A stretch of 64,000 nucleotides of DNA from Camelus dromedarius (GCF_036321535.1 NC_087458.1:1-64000); one strand, 5' to 3'. Positions 34,801 to 47,705 are shown, counted from the stretch's first letter. Made by a program: numbers and translations. The notes: generated from the letters alone by a model not told the origin.

Positions 34801-36559
34801 TTCTGGGAGTGACCAAGCACACACTGGCCACCAGTCTGGCCACATGTTGGGGGCTGGAGCACTGGGTCCGAGCTTCCAGAAGTCCATGACCTTGGACAGC
34901 CACGGAGATGCCCAGGTCAGGCTGTCCCAGCCACGCTCACCCTCCCTCGGCGACCACTCCACACCCTGACACGGGGGCCATGGTAACTGGCGCCGGACCC
35001 CGGGACAGCTGAGCCCCACTGGCAAGGCGTGGCACTGAGCACTGTTCCAAGAGTCCCAGGTCAGGCTCACCCAGGGTCTTGTTCTCTCACCCGCACGTCT
35101 GCTCCTGAGACACCCCAGGGAAGGGTGTGCCTGGGGCCGTGCTGTCGGGGGGATCCCCATGTCCTCCACGGGTCCTGCTCTGGTCTGGCCTGGACACAGC
35201 CCTGTGAGGCACATCCAATAGTGAGTCTATGCGACCACAGGAGGGCAGTTCTGAGAAGTCGGCAGGGACCTCAGACTCCCCTCCAGTGGCTGGCTGAGGC
35301 AGCCCTCCGCAAGGAGCGCACCACCCCAAAGGTGCCTCAAGGCCCCTGGAGGCCACAGGGGTGCTTCCAGGGTGACAGAGCAGGCTCTCCTCAGCAGTGC
35401 TCGGGCACCCCGCTACACCATGTGTGTCTCTCTGGGGATTAAGGAGGGCACCTTGGCCGGAGGCCCGGCCAGCTATCTGCAAACGTTATCTACATCTCGG
35501 GGGGAGAGAAGGGAGAGAGGGTATAAATGGAAAGTATGTGAGGCCACGGAACAGGTGAACAAGCAGAAGCCAGCCACATGGCCTCTGACATCCACACGCA
35601 TGGCAGCGTGGTGCCAGGCCTCGCCCACGAGAGACATGCGCCTTCTCGTCTGTGTACCGCCTGTCTGTCCCTCCACGCGCCCTGACCAAGCGGCGGGTGG
35701 GGTTCACCCAGCAGCCGATGCCTTGTGTGAGGCTGGAAGCGCCCGCCCGGCTCCCACTCCCACCACTTTCCAACCTCTCCAAGCCTGTCTTCTCTTTGGC
35801 AAAACCATGGGAACGTAAGACACTGTGACACAGGCCCCCCTCCATCGCTCCACAGCTCTTCTGCCCCCAGGCCCACGGTGGCAAAGGGCACCAGGCTGTC
35901 ACGTGGCTTCTGGGCCGCAAAAGGCAGGTCTGCTGCACAGCCATGGGCGCTCCTGGCGGCTCTCGGGGGTGGCACTGTGCCCCCTAGCCCAGAGGCTGAC
36001 CTCACAAAATGGCCACATCAGAGGGAACAGACCCCCAGGCTTGGCTCAGTCTTTACAGCACTGAGGACTCCAAGGGACATCGAAAGAGGGACAAGGCTGC
36101 TCCAGGTCACAGACCAGGCTGCTGCAGCCAGAACACACGCTGCCCTCTGTGACTAAACGTGTCTGAACCCCTCCGAATTCCAGAATTCCAGGCCATGCCT
36201 TTCTCCTGCCAAACGAGCTTTCTGGAGACCTGGGGCCAACTCCCAAAGCACCTTCTCCTCCTGGCCTTCATCCCACCAGGAGAGGCCACTCTCCTCCAGG
36301 CCGGCGGACCGCCCCCGTCCCCCCCGCACCCCGGGCCACTCTGGCTCGTCAACTGGGTCAGCTCTGGAGTTCAGAGCTTGTGCTCAGCAATCCTACCTTT
36401 GCGGGTCTGCGCTGGAGGCGGGGAGGGTGCCACGGGCTGGAGCAGGGTTCTCCGTGGCTGGGCTCCGCGCACGCTCCCACCGCTGGATGGACTGCGCCGG
36501 GCTGGGCTTCTGCCCAGCCCTGACCTCCGCCCTTCAGTCCACGGCGAGTGGGTGCGCCA

Positions 36560-36826
36560 GGCCCTGGGGTAGGTGTGACTCGCGGCGCGCGCCAAGGAAG
36601 TCCCGTGGGTTGGACACGCGGCCACGCGCTCCCTCCCCCGCGGCCCGCGCACCTGTCCTGGGCGTGGCCCGAAACCCCGCCCCGCGGCCCCACCCCTCCC
36701 CGGCCGCGCCGGGCGCTGGTTGGCCGAGGCGGCGCGCTATGCTAATGACCCGACCCTCCAGGCACCTGCGGGCGGCTCTGCCCGCGGGCGCCGGCGGATT
36801 CGCCGCGGGACCCGCGCGAGGGCACC
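36560..36826 (+). promoter_or_regulatory. SNAI3 CpG-rich proximal promoter
   Basis: CpG-rich stretch with GC boxes directly upstream of the ATG; CACCTG E-boxes at 36650 and 36763. Confidence 0.7.
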
Positions 36827-39800
36827 ATGCCGCGCTCCTTCCTGGTGAAGACGCACTCCAGTCACAGGGTCCCCAATTACGGGCAGCTGGAGACGCAAAG
36901 AGGTAGGTGCTGCGGGCTCCCCGCCACCCAGGGCTCCACTCCTGAGCGGCAGGAGGGGCGAGTTCCTAGGGAGCGAGGACACCTGTCCAGGTGGGAGGCG
37001 GGTCCAGAGATCCTGGAGCTAGAGGCAGGAATGTGGCCCGCGGGCACCTTGTCCACTTTGGGGATCGGGGCCTCGAATCGGGGCAGACTGGGTAAGGTTT
37101 CTCTCTCCACTTAGAGAAATTTCCAGGCCCCCAGTCACCCTGGGGGCTCTCCCCCTATGGCCTCGTGCTCCCATCCCAGCAAAGGGGACATCAGAGTCAT
37201 TCCTGGTGCAAGAGGTTTGATAGGGTCCCATGGATGTTGGGGAGAGAGACAAAGGGTGACCACCAGGCTGTCCTCCAAGGGCCCACCAGAGCATCCTGGC
37301 TTGAGCGGTGAGCAGAGGGGACAGGAAGAGTGACCCTGGGGCCCTGTGGTGCCCAGGCCCAGCTTGTGTTCCACTGGGCTCCTCCAGAGCCTCCTCACAC
37401 CTTCCCTCCCTTCTCCCCTCACCCCAGTGGAGGTTGCTCAAGGCAGGCTGGGCTACGGGGCTGCAGCTCTCACCCAGGTGGGGAGACGGGCGTCCAGGAA
37501 CCAGGACTGTCCACTCATTCCCATTCCCTGCTAGGCACAGGGACATGGGAAGGTCCCAGGGCAAAGGCCTCTCTAGAGTGGTCGAGCCGTCCCCCAGCTC
37601 TGCAGCTCCTTGGGGTGAAGCCCTTCTGGGGGACTGCCTGGGGACTCGGAGGGGAGGAACATTAGGGAGGCCAGGGCCCCCAGTTGATGCCCGCTCAGAG
37701 CCCTTCAGCCCTCTCAGGACTGGGGGGGGGGGGGCGCAGGTGGTGGGGGAGTCCTGGCTGGTGGGTCCCTGAGTCTGGGCTGCCACCAGGGGGCACATTC
37801 TAGGGCCAGGATCCTCAGCCACACTTTGAGATCCAGTTAGAGTCACCACCAGCAATCTTATAAAATGAAAAAGAACAGAAGCCATCAGAGCACAGTGCTC
37901 ATGGTAAAGGAAAATTTTGTTTCAGATATATATGTGTGATGAAAATTAAATTTACACAAGTCATAGTTTTAAAAGTTCAGAAACCATTGTCTGGAAACTG
38001 GTCCCGCAGTGTACCCTGCCTTACCCCGAACGTGCTCGTCTAGGCGGCGTGCAAAGCCCAGTGGCTAGAGGAGAGCAGCCTCAGAGCTGCCAGTGCTCCT
38101 GCCCCGCTCCCCTCCCTTACCCCCCCACTAGTCGCACCAGCTCTCTTTCTGCCCAGCAGTTACCGCAGGTAGACCTGAGATGCTGGATTTGGGCTTCCCT
38201 AGTCTTCACTCTTAAATAAGGGCCTTTTTAGGCCTCCCCAGGGAACCCCTGAAGCCAGAGGGGAACTTTAAAGTCTCTTCCCCCATGGATCTGAGCTGCA
38301 GAATGAATTAAAAATCTAGCTAACCCAGGTATCCCCTGGGGAAGCATTTAAAGTACCGGGAGGAGCACGCTGCCCCTGCCCCCGCCTCCTGCTGCAGTCG
38401 GCACGGGCCCCCCAGACAGGGGCTTTCTCCATGGTGATGCCTGGGGCCAGGCAGAACCTCAGAGACCTGAGGAAGGTGACTTTTTTTCTCCATAGAGGGG
38501 CCTGTTGTGAAGCTTCTCTGTGGAGTGGGGGGTCCTAGACTCTCCAGGAACCCCAGCGCTGTCTCTCCAGAACCTCCTTGAACATCATCTCTCAGCCAGT
38601 CACTGTCCAGCCCCCACTTCTGGGAGGACAGAAACCTGGCGTGTTGACTTTGTAGTTGGGAAGACTGGGGTGGAGGACGACGAGTCAGGAGAGTGGAGTG
38701 TGAGGACCTTCCTTAACTTTCCCGCTTCTCTGCATCCTCATCAGCGCTTGTAACCGCCTGTTTTCAACCCTACCCGTGCTGGGGGTGTGACGTGGAACCT
38801 CCCCGCAGCTCTACGCTGCGGCCCTGACGGCTAGTGGTGTCGAGCGTCGGCTTCTTCCCGCACTTGTTGGCTGCGTGTGTATCTTCTTTGGAGAAACGTC
38901 TGTTCACGTCGTTTGCCCACTTAGAACTTGGATCATCTGTCTTTTTATCGCTCAGTTGTGAGAGTTCTTTGTCTGTTTCTGGACACTAACCCTCCCCAGA
39001 TGTCTGATTTGCAAGTATTTTCTCCATTTTGTGGGTTGTCTTCCTCCACGCAAAGCCTTGGCATGGTTGTAGAAACGGCCAGGGATTGATGTCAACACAT
39101 GAAGGACAAGAGACGAGCTGAGGGATGTTTGGAGAGCTGGGCTTTGGGGAAACACAGAACTCAGCTCTGACCTGCTAGCCTCTTTGCTTTGGGGGCTCCT
39201 GCCACCTGGGTCCAGCATGAGGCGTGCTGGACCACAAATATGGGAGCGAGGCCGGGAGACAGGGGTCCGGGACAGGCCGTCTTGACCTGGGAGTATCCGC
39301 AGGAGCTGTGTCCACCCACATCACGACGGGCGAGTGGTGACCAGGAGGTGACTGGAGGCTAGTTAGTTATTGCACACGTTGCCAAGCCCCGTGAGTTAAC
39401 GCTGCGTGGGCGCCCAGAGGACGCGGCCCGAGCTGGTCCTGAGGTGGGCGGAGGCTTCCTTCCTTGGCCCCTGAGGGCTGCTGCGAGGTGCTTCTCTTTC
39501 CCTGTTTTTAAAGGGGAACTGAAATTCCTGCTCTGGGCTGCAGCCCACACCCTCACACGGGGCTGCCCAGGGCTTAAACGGCGGGTGTGGGGGTTCGCTG
39601 GGAATGCCAGTTGGGAACACGCAGCACGGGGACTCAGGGCTCACCTGTGTTGTCCCCTCCCCTCCCAGACATCAGTGGTGCCTGTTCTGCCTGCGGGGGG
39701 CCGGTGGTGCCCCTCATCTTCCCAGACAAGGTGGCCCCGTCCTCGCCTGGTGACCCTCCCCAGCCCTGGGACCACGCCTCTGTCATCGCTCACACCTCCC

Positions 39801-42231
39801 TGCCCCTGCTGTGCAACGAGGAAGCTCTGGGGGCTTCAGGGCCAGAAGCCCTGGACGTCAGCCGGGCGGACCCCCGGGCCAGCCGGGCCCTCAGCGCACC
39901 CCTCAGAGACAGCCTGAACCACCTCAACCTGCCCCCGCTGCCGGCCCTGCCCATGCGCTGGCCCCCGCTCCTGGGCACAGACGGGGCCCAGACCCCAGGC
40001 CGCCTGCTGGGGGCTGAGCGGGCCCTCCATGGCCACAGGCCCGCCCACGCGCCAGCCGGGCTGGCCAGGCGCCGGCAGCTGCGGTGCCCCTTGCAGGCCC
40101 AGCGCTGTTTCACCTGCCAGTTCTGCGACAAGGAGTACGGCAGCCTGGGCGCCCTCAAGATGCACATCCGGACACACACGCTGCCCTGCCTCTGCGCCGT
40201 CTGCGGCAAGGCCTTCTCCAGGCCCTGGCTGCTGCAAGGCCACCTCCGGACCCACACGGGTAGGCGCCAGGGCACGCGAGGGGCTGGTGGGGCCGGGGCT
40301 GGGCCTAGAAAGGAGGGAGGGCCGGGCAGCCAGCCACACAGGGCTTCTGCTTCCCAGTGTCCTAAGGCTGCGGCACAGAGGCCCACACACCGGGGTCTCC
40401 CTCGCAGTCTGCAGCCAGGAGTCCACGATCGAGCTGTCGCAGGGCCACAGTCCCTCCAGGTCTTGTGGGGAGGTTCTTCCTGTCTCTCCCAGCCCCTGTG
40501 GCCCCAGGTGTTCCTTGTGGCCAAGTCACTCCAGTCTCTGCCTCTGTCCCCACACAGCCTGTGTCCACACTGACCTCTTGTCATAACACCACCAGGCACA
40601 TGGCATTCAGGGCCCATGTACTCCAGTGTGACCTCATCTCAACCTGACAACATCTGCAAAACCCCAGCTTCCAAATAAGGCCACACTCACAGGTACCCAG
40701 GTTGAGGACGTGAACGTATTTTTCTGGAGACATGACTTGGCTCACAACACCTGGCTAAGCACAGGATGGACACAGCTCTTGTGGGGGCTGACTGCTCACA
40801 GGCCACGGCCTTCCAGAATTCTGGAGCAGCCGGAGAGGCGAGGAGGCAGAAAGGCCTGGCTTGGGGGTGAGGACCCCAGGGGCCACACAGCAGACGAGGA
40901 GAGCGGGGTGGTTGTGGAAGAGTCAAGCAGGGGGTGGAGGGCACATCCTTCACCCTGCAGATTACCAGCAGTGTCCTGGAAGAGCGCAGGGCCCGGCGGT
41001 GCCCAAGGGCAGCCAGTGGCTGAGCTGGACCTCAACCCAGGCCACCGTCTTGAGTCCAGGACTTTGTCAAGCACACAGCGAAAGAGTGAGAGACAGGAAC
41101 AGAGACTCAGCTCTGGGCCTGGCGCTGACGACACACACGCCTTGTCACTGGAGCCTCCCTGACCCTCAGGTCATGGGTCCATGAGTCATACCCTGGCAGA
41201 TGACAGAAAGAGGGGTTTTGCAGGAGTCTTTTTCCAGGTTGGAAATCCATCCGGTTTTCCTCGACCCCTCGCAGAGGGTGTCCCCAAGCACCCTGCCACA
41301 CTGTCAGGGCTCCGTGCCCTGGGCTGGGATGCAGGAGTCAGGCAGCAAGGACGCAGAGACTGCAGGCTGGTGCCTCCCGGGACCCTCTAGGGCTGCAGAA
41401 CCGGAGGCCACTCCACACTGGCAGAGCTGGACAGATGACGGTCAACAACCCTTCCTTTTAGACCTGTCAGGGTCAGCCTGGGGGCCAAGGTCCCAACAGA
41501 AGGACCGTGTGCAAATCCCTGGTCGCCCTCATGGAGGCGGCCTGGAGGACACGGGACTCCCCCTGGCCCCGAGTGCCTGGCTCTTGTGCAGGGCCCACTT
41601 GGAGATGCACTCGGACCCGGGGTCACTCCTTCCAACTACCTGAGTGGCAGATTCTGTGCAAGCCCCACAGGTCCCCTCCACTGGCCTTCAAGGGGCAGGG
41701 CAGCTGCCAGGAGGCTCCCAGAGCACCTGCCGCCCAGGGCTGGTGGCAGAGGCCCCAGGAGGGCTCTAGCAGAAGCCGGGTGCCCCAGCCAAGGTCTGTG
41801 CAAGCCCTTCACTCTTGCACGACCCCTCGGCCCCAGCATCTCCCCCTGCGGCAAGTGCCAAGGCCCCCACCCCTTATCTCCGAGGGAGGGGCAAGGAGAT
41901 AAAGGCATTACAACCTCCACGAGGGACTGAGCGAGCCTCTGCGGTGGGGGATGGGTTCTCACCCGTGAGTCTGGGTGGCCTTCTGCAGTGTTGTCCTGGC
42001 CGCTGCAACAGGCCGCTCCAATGGTCACCGGTCCCCTCCCCTCCCACAGGTGAGAAGCCCTACGCCTGCCCTCACTGCAGCAGGGCCTTCGCCGACCGCT
42101 CCAACCTGCGGGCCCACCTGCAGACGCACTCGGAAACCAAGAAGTACCAGTGCAAGCGCTGCGCCAAGACCTTCTCCCGCATGGCACTCCTGGCGCGGCA
42201 CGAGGAGTCTGGCGGCTGCCCCGGCCCCTAG
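36827..42231 (+). CDS. SNAI3: Snail family zinc finger transcriptional repressor 3 (282 aa)
   Basis: Exons 36827-36902 (SNAG domain MPRSFLVK), 39669-40259, 42050-42231 (TAG). Fingers [89 protein letters not shown]-terminal [10 protein letters not shown] and the RNF166-SNAI3-MVD synteny identify SNAI3. Confidence 0.96.
37781..37796 (+). promoter_or_regulatory. Putative CTCF site
   Basis: TGCCACCAGGGGGCAC matches the CTCF core consensus CCASYAGRKGGCRS. Motif match only. Confidence 0.55.
38830..39045 (-). mobile_element. Old LINE-1 fragment (L1M-like)
   Basis: TATCTTCTTTGGAGAAACGTCTGTTCACGTCGTTTGCCCAC...GTTGTGAGAGTTCTTT...TTTGCAAGTATTTTCTCC, typical antisense L1 sequence. Confidence 0.75.
40600..40750. 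mobile_element. MaLR (MLT1-like) LTR fragment
   Basis: GTGTGACCTCATCTCAAC...ATCTGCAAAACCC...TTCCAAATAAGGCCACACTCACAGGTACC, characteristic of MLT1 LTR ends. Confidence 0.65.
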
Positions 42232-43842
42232 AGACGCGAGGGTTTGTGCAGGCAGGGGCAGGGCCTCGCCCCCAGAGCCCACTGCCCCTGGAGAAGCCAA
42301 GCGTCCTGGGGGGTCGGGGCCCTCGCGCAGGAGGGGCTCTCTCCCGGGGAGACTTTCACTGAGATGGGAGCCTCCATTCTGCTCCTCCCACTTACGGCTG
42401 CTGGGAGACAGGTCTCCGGCACCAGGATGCCTGCCGTCAGGCTGACGGGCAGGGCTGCCCTGGATCCCTCTACTGCAGATGAGCAGTCTAGCCGTCCAGT
42501 CCACCTTCATGGGCAGAGCCGCCTGGAGGCTCACCTCCATCTGCCTCATGTCACGCGTGCACAGACGCACCCCCCACCTCACGAGGCTGTCCCAAAGATG
42601 GAGCAGCGGGAGAACTCACAGCGGGGGGGGGACTTGGGCTATAAAAGGAGTCCCCACAGCCTGCTGTGCCGCCCCGTGGAGGTGCCTGAGCGCCGACAGA
42701 GGCCCACCCCCGGCAGGACTCGCGGATAATCAAGGCTCTTCTGGCCAGTCAGGGAGCACTGCGCTGTGCAGTGGTTATGGGACAGGGGCCTAGGCGAGCC
42801 AGGTGCCTCCTCTGGAAGAAAAGGTGAGGACGAGAACGGGGCATGAACCGGCACTGGGCGTCGAGGGCGCGAGTGTCTGCAGAGGGAGTCACCTCCCCAA
42901 AGTCTAATGCAGAGTCCATCCCGCACCTGCAGCCCCTCTGCTAAACACCACACACACGTCTTCACTGCAGCCACCTCCGCGAGGTGCCAAGCCCACGCCG
43001 CCTGCCCACAGTGACCCAGCCTCCCGCCTGCCTGGCCGAGGCCGTGTCGTCCCCCAGTCAAGCGAGCAGCTGGCCTTTGACCCTGCCTGAGATCCACGCC
43101 TTCCCAAGCTGACTCACATACCAACACGAGACCCCATTTCTTTCTCGCAGGTGGCCTCCCCTCACCCGCAGCCCCCGGGCGGTCACCCAGTGGGCTGCCC
43201 CTTCCCCTTGCCAGCAGGTCTGAGCCGCCTGGAGGGTGGGATTCAGGAATGAGGAAGGAGCCCTGAGTCTAACAGAGATGACCGAGTCCTTGATGCCGAC
43301 AGGGGACACCTGCTCCTCTCTGCAGGAGGGCTGGCCTACAGTCAGCAGCTCCACGCTGGCCCCAGCCAAGTGACAGAGTTAAGCACCCTGGTCCTGGTCC
43401 AGGATGGAGCCACATGGCAAGCAGCAGAGGCCCCCTCTCTCCACTCCGGGCCTCCAGACCTGCTGAGCCCACCAGGACCACGCCGGGCCATGGCATCCAC
43501 TGCTCTGCAGCCCCAGCCCTGGGCCCCCCACCTGACATGTCGGGGCTGAAGCCCTGATGGCTGGCGTGATGACAGCCACTGAAGGGGCGTGGACAAAGCC
43601 CAGAGCAAACTTGGCCTCGTCATTGGGCTTCTCTGGACCAAGGGTGACCTTGATGAAACTGTCCACCCCGGAGAGCCCCTGCTCCAGCCTGCATCAGACT
43701 GTATCTGCCGGTGAAACAAAGACCCTCTGTGAGGAAGTCTCCCTCACATTCCCAGACCTGCTGCCTTCCCCTTACAGGGGTCAGCCTCCCTCGAGGGACA
43801 GAGGGCAGGGACCAGAGGCTGGAAATGTGCCGTGTAGCTAAC

Positions 43843-44252
43843 GTGTCAGTCTGCTGGGGCGGCCATAACAAATCCCACCAACTAAGTGCCTTAAACCACA
43901 AAAATTCACTCTCCCGCAGTCCTGAAGGCCAGAAGCCCGAGGCCGAGGTGCCGGCCGGGCTGGCTCCTTCTGAGACCGAGGGGTCCTGTCCCGGCCTCTC
44001 CCAGCTCCTGCTGGTTCGCTGGCAGCTCTGATGTTCTGTGTCTCGTAGAAGCATCACCCCCATCGCTGCCCCGTCATGTGGGCAAATTTCCCCTTTCTGT
44101 AAGGACACTGGTCGTGCTGGGTGAGACCCACCTGCATAATCTCATCTGACTGACTACAGCCACAAAGACCGTCTCCAAATAAGGCCAGCTTCTGAGGCAC
44201 TTGGGGGTTAGGGTTTCAATATGTGAATGAAGGGCACCGTTCACCCTGTAAC
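43843..44252. mobile_element. Near full-length MaLR solo LTR (MLT1-like)
   Basis: Starts with TGTCAGTCTGCT...GCCATAACAAATCCCACCAACTAAGTGCCTTAAAC; internal TTTCTGTAAGGACAC and CCAAATAAGG; ends CCCTGTAACA (TG...CA termini). Confidence 0.8.
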
Positions 44253-47200
44253 AGCTGATAAGAACACAGTTTGCCAAGAGATGCCTGGTGGGTCCCTGTA
44301 CTTGGACTGAAGGAGAAGAATGAATCCTTTGCCCCCAGGCTGCAAAGGGTGGGGAGGGGAGAAAGGGGGCAGTCGGCTTCACGATGCATTTGCTAGAGCG
44401 CCTCCTCTGCAAGCACCGTGAGCCCCACTCCCTCCCGAGCACGCCGGTGCCTGCCCCCCACCTCCTCCGCCGTCCTGGTCAGGAGCCCAGGTGAGAACGG
44501 GCCTCTGCCCTGCACCGTCTCCTGAGGCGCCCGGCCCTCTGCTGTGTGGGGGCGGCCTCTCCGGCCTCTGTAGAAGGCGAGACTCCAACCACGTCTGTGT
44601 TGTGCCCGCCCGAGCATCTCACTGGACTTTTTTTTTCTTTTTAATGGCATCCAGATGCCTGAAGGAAGCTATATTGTAAATTGTGTTCTATTTCCGAGCC
44701 CCAATATCTAAATGAGGCAATGCACCTGTTGGGGACGGAGGAAAGGAATTTCACAGGCTTAAAATAAAGTCCACGTCTGCACTTCTGTGCCGGCCCATGG
44801 AAAATGCTCTTATATTTATATCTGGGCTGGTGGAGGACAGGGTGGCGGAGGATGGGTTGGCAGATGGGGTGAGGGGAGGTCCAGGCACCTGCCAGGGTGC
44901 CGACATGGAGTGACGGCGGAGACGCTTCCCTCCGAGCAGGGCGGCTGCACTCAGCATGCCATGTCCCTCCACAGGGCCACTTCCCCACTGGCCACTCAGG
45001 CCTCGTTGCTTCCCGCTTCACTGTCCTCGTGATTTTGTCTAATCACCAGCACTGACCCAGGAGGCTCACTTAAAATTCAGGTTTCTGAACCCCCTCTCAA
45101 CACCCACAGATGGGAATTGAGAGGGGGCCTAACCCCTGCTCACATTCGTCCCAGGTGAGGTGGGCACGGCCAGCTCTTTTCTCAGGGACCACCGTCTGGG
45201 TCCCCCACGTACAGGCTTGCTTTTCTCAACCCATTTTCACACATTACATTTCCACTTTTCTCCCAAAAGAAGGCCTTCTGACTGCGATGCCCCAGGCATG
45301 CTGCTGGCACCTCTCCGAGGTGGGAGCAGGGCGGAGACAGGAGCCTCAGGACCAGGAGTTGGAAGCAGGCGTTTTGGTGGCAGCCCAGCTACATCTGGGT
45401 GACAGCAGGAGCCTAAGAAACCTGCATGATTCTGGACAAGAGGAGAACCACGTAAGGAGCTGAGGGTGGGGACGGCGTCTCCACCATGTGAACAGTGCTC
45501 CCAGGAGGCGTGTGATGGGCAGTGGACAGAAACCCGCCGGGTGCCGCCTGTGCCCGGGGCGCGAGCGCCTGGCCCCGGGGCGCAGGTCCAGGAACAGGTG
45601 TGAGAGGGACGCCCAGGGTCTCAGAGGCCTGGCTCTCTGCCCCGCTCCCCAGGGAGAGAGACCTCCCCACTGAAGCTGCAGGTGCGCTAAGGTTATGGCT
45701 TCCCTTCCAAGACCCAGAGTCTTCTATAAATACCGTTTTGGCCCAGAATATTCTGGGGGTTCTCTGGGAGTTTGAAAATAGCCCACTGGTTACTATCTAT
45801 ACTCGGAGAGCCCACTCCTGGCCTCCACTGGGTGGCTAAGTATAGTTCCCTGGCAAAGTTCAGTGGAACAAAAGTTTCCAACCTCCATCACCTTGTGGAC
45901 GAGAAGCCCTGCGGGGAGGGCGCCCGGCTGCTGAGGCTCAGGGGCACGTGGGAGAGGCTGGAGCTGACGGGGGTCTGTCCGGGGCCCTGCAAGCAAACGC
46001 AGTGACCTTGCCCGATCCGGACGGAGGCCTCTGGCCCCAGCCCGCGGCTCTGCTGGGCAGGACCCGCCACAAAGCCCTGGTTTCTGCTCTGGCCTCTGTT
46101 CTAGGATTCAGGAGGGACCTGGGAGACTGAACAGCAGCAGAAATAAGACGTAACTGTTAACTCTAGGGAGACCTGTAACCTTTAACCCCCTAGGCCCACG
46201 TCCGACCGCCAAGCACACCTCTCCTCCCAGCTGCCCCTGCCCGACCCGCTGAGCTGCCCGAGAGCCAGCCTGGCCAGCAGAGCGCTGGGGAGGGCAGAAG
46301 GGGCGGAGCAGAGCCGGGTCACGCTCACCGACGGCACAGCTGAGCTCGCAGGGATGGCGCGGCCAAGACTCGGCACATTTCCAAAGAGCCACTTGATCCA
46401 AAAGCGGTCACAGCATGTCCCTCCCACACAGCGGTCCCCTTCCCACGCAGCCACCAAAGCCCCACATGGAGCAGAGGCAGCAGGGCCGGGCGCCGGCACC
46501 GCAGGGCCACGCTGAGGAGGCTCGCGAAGACGCAGCACAGTCCTCACCAAAACCGTTCCAGGAAACAGCCATTGTCACAAGACGCTAACGTGGGATGGGC
46601 TCGTTACTGCCTTTAGGTGAGTTTAATAAACATCCTTAAGAAACACCAAGTTTAACTTCTGAAATGGGCACGACGGGTGGAAGCCCCCGCACGAGGTCCT
46701 CGGCCGTGCGTCAGGGGTCCTGAGACGCACAGCAACGGCCCCCGAGCTGCACACCTGACCGGCATGTGTGGACGGGAGCCCCGGGGCCAAAGCAGCGGGT
46801 CGGGCGGAGGGAGGAGGGGCTGCCCGGGCCCAGCAGGAGACGGTCCTGTGCTCCTCTGGTGCCAACGGTCAGTTATTCAGGGCAACTCTGCCCGCCTGTT
46901 TTCTGCTTTCCCCACTGACTCTGGAAACGAGTCCCTCACAGGCGCGTCAGTGAGAGGATGGCCTGGAGCACACGACTCGGAGCCCCATGTTCGCGGCCCC
47001 ATGTCCAGTCAGCTCCACCTCCGGGGTCTCTCTCAGACCAGCGTCTTCACCTCAACCCTCACGGCCACTGCCAGAGAGCCCACGTCCTCACGATTTCCCA
47101 GCCAGACAACGGAAGACCCCTCCCAGCCCCATCTCCATCTGCAGTTCAGCCTCCACTCTGCACCCCAAGCAGCCCCACAACCCACTCCCCCACCCCGTTC

Positions 47201-47667
47201 CGGCCTCAGACAGGCAGTCTGCCCTGCAGACCCAAGTTCAAGCCCATAAACCTTGGCACCCACACGAGGCCACTTTCTCCCACGAGCCCCCACTGTGTGG
47301 TGGCCGCCTCTGTCTCCCACGTGCCAAACTCTGTCTGACCTGGGACAGGCCCCCCACCAGCATCGAAGGAAGGAGGGAACTGACAGGGAACACGTTAGAC
47401 GTGGCTCAGTCTGAACAGGCCCCCCCCCCATGCCTGGGGTCATCTCACAGTCGTGGCTCCTCCCACCGCTCGAGAGGGGTCCGCTCTCCTGAGCCCATCA
47501 CCAGCCCCCAGAGGCCCGCAGGCAGCCTCTGGGGGTCTATCCAGGCCACGTGAACCAAGCCCCAGACCTATTCACTGGCACAGCGTGTGCAATGTCTGAA
47601 AGCAGGTGAGCTGGCTTCAGGCATCCACCGGCGAGGGAGATGCTTCCTGCGCTGAGCGGCTCCAGCA

Positions 47668-47705
47668 GGGACTCCAGGGAGCGGCGGGGACTCCAGGGAG
47701 CGGCG
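47668..47705. repeat. Perfect 19-bp tandem duplication (GGGACTCCAGGGAGCGGCG x2)
   Basis: Two identical adjacent copies at 47668-47686 and 47687-47705. Confidence 0.9.

Noticed and set aside
39587-40573. 328-aa ORF as a stand-alone zinc-finger gene
   Set aside because: It is SNAI3 exon 2 read through into flanking intron sequence; the splice sites at 39669 and 40259 are canonical.
36827-42231. SNAI3 as a pseudogene
   Set aside because: The reading frame, SNAG domain, splice sites and three canonical fingers are intact, with no stops or frameshifts.
42640-42645. TATAAA downstream of SNAI3 as a promoter of a hidden gene
   Set aside because: No downstream ORF or exon support. It could be a variant poly(A) signal, but this cannot be decided from sequence.
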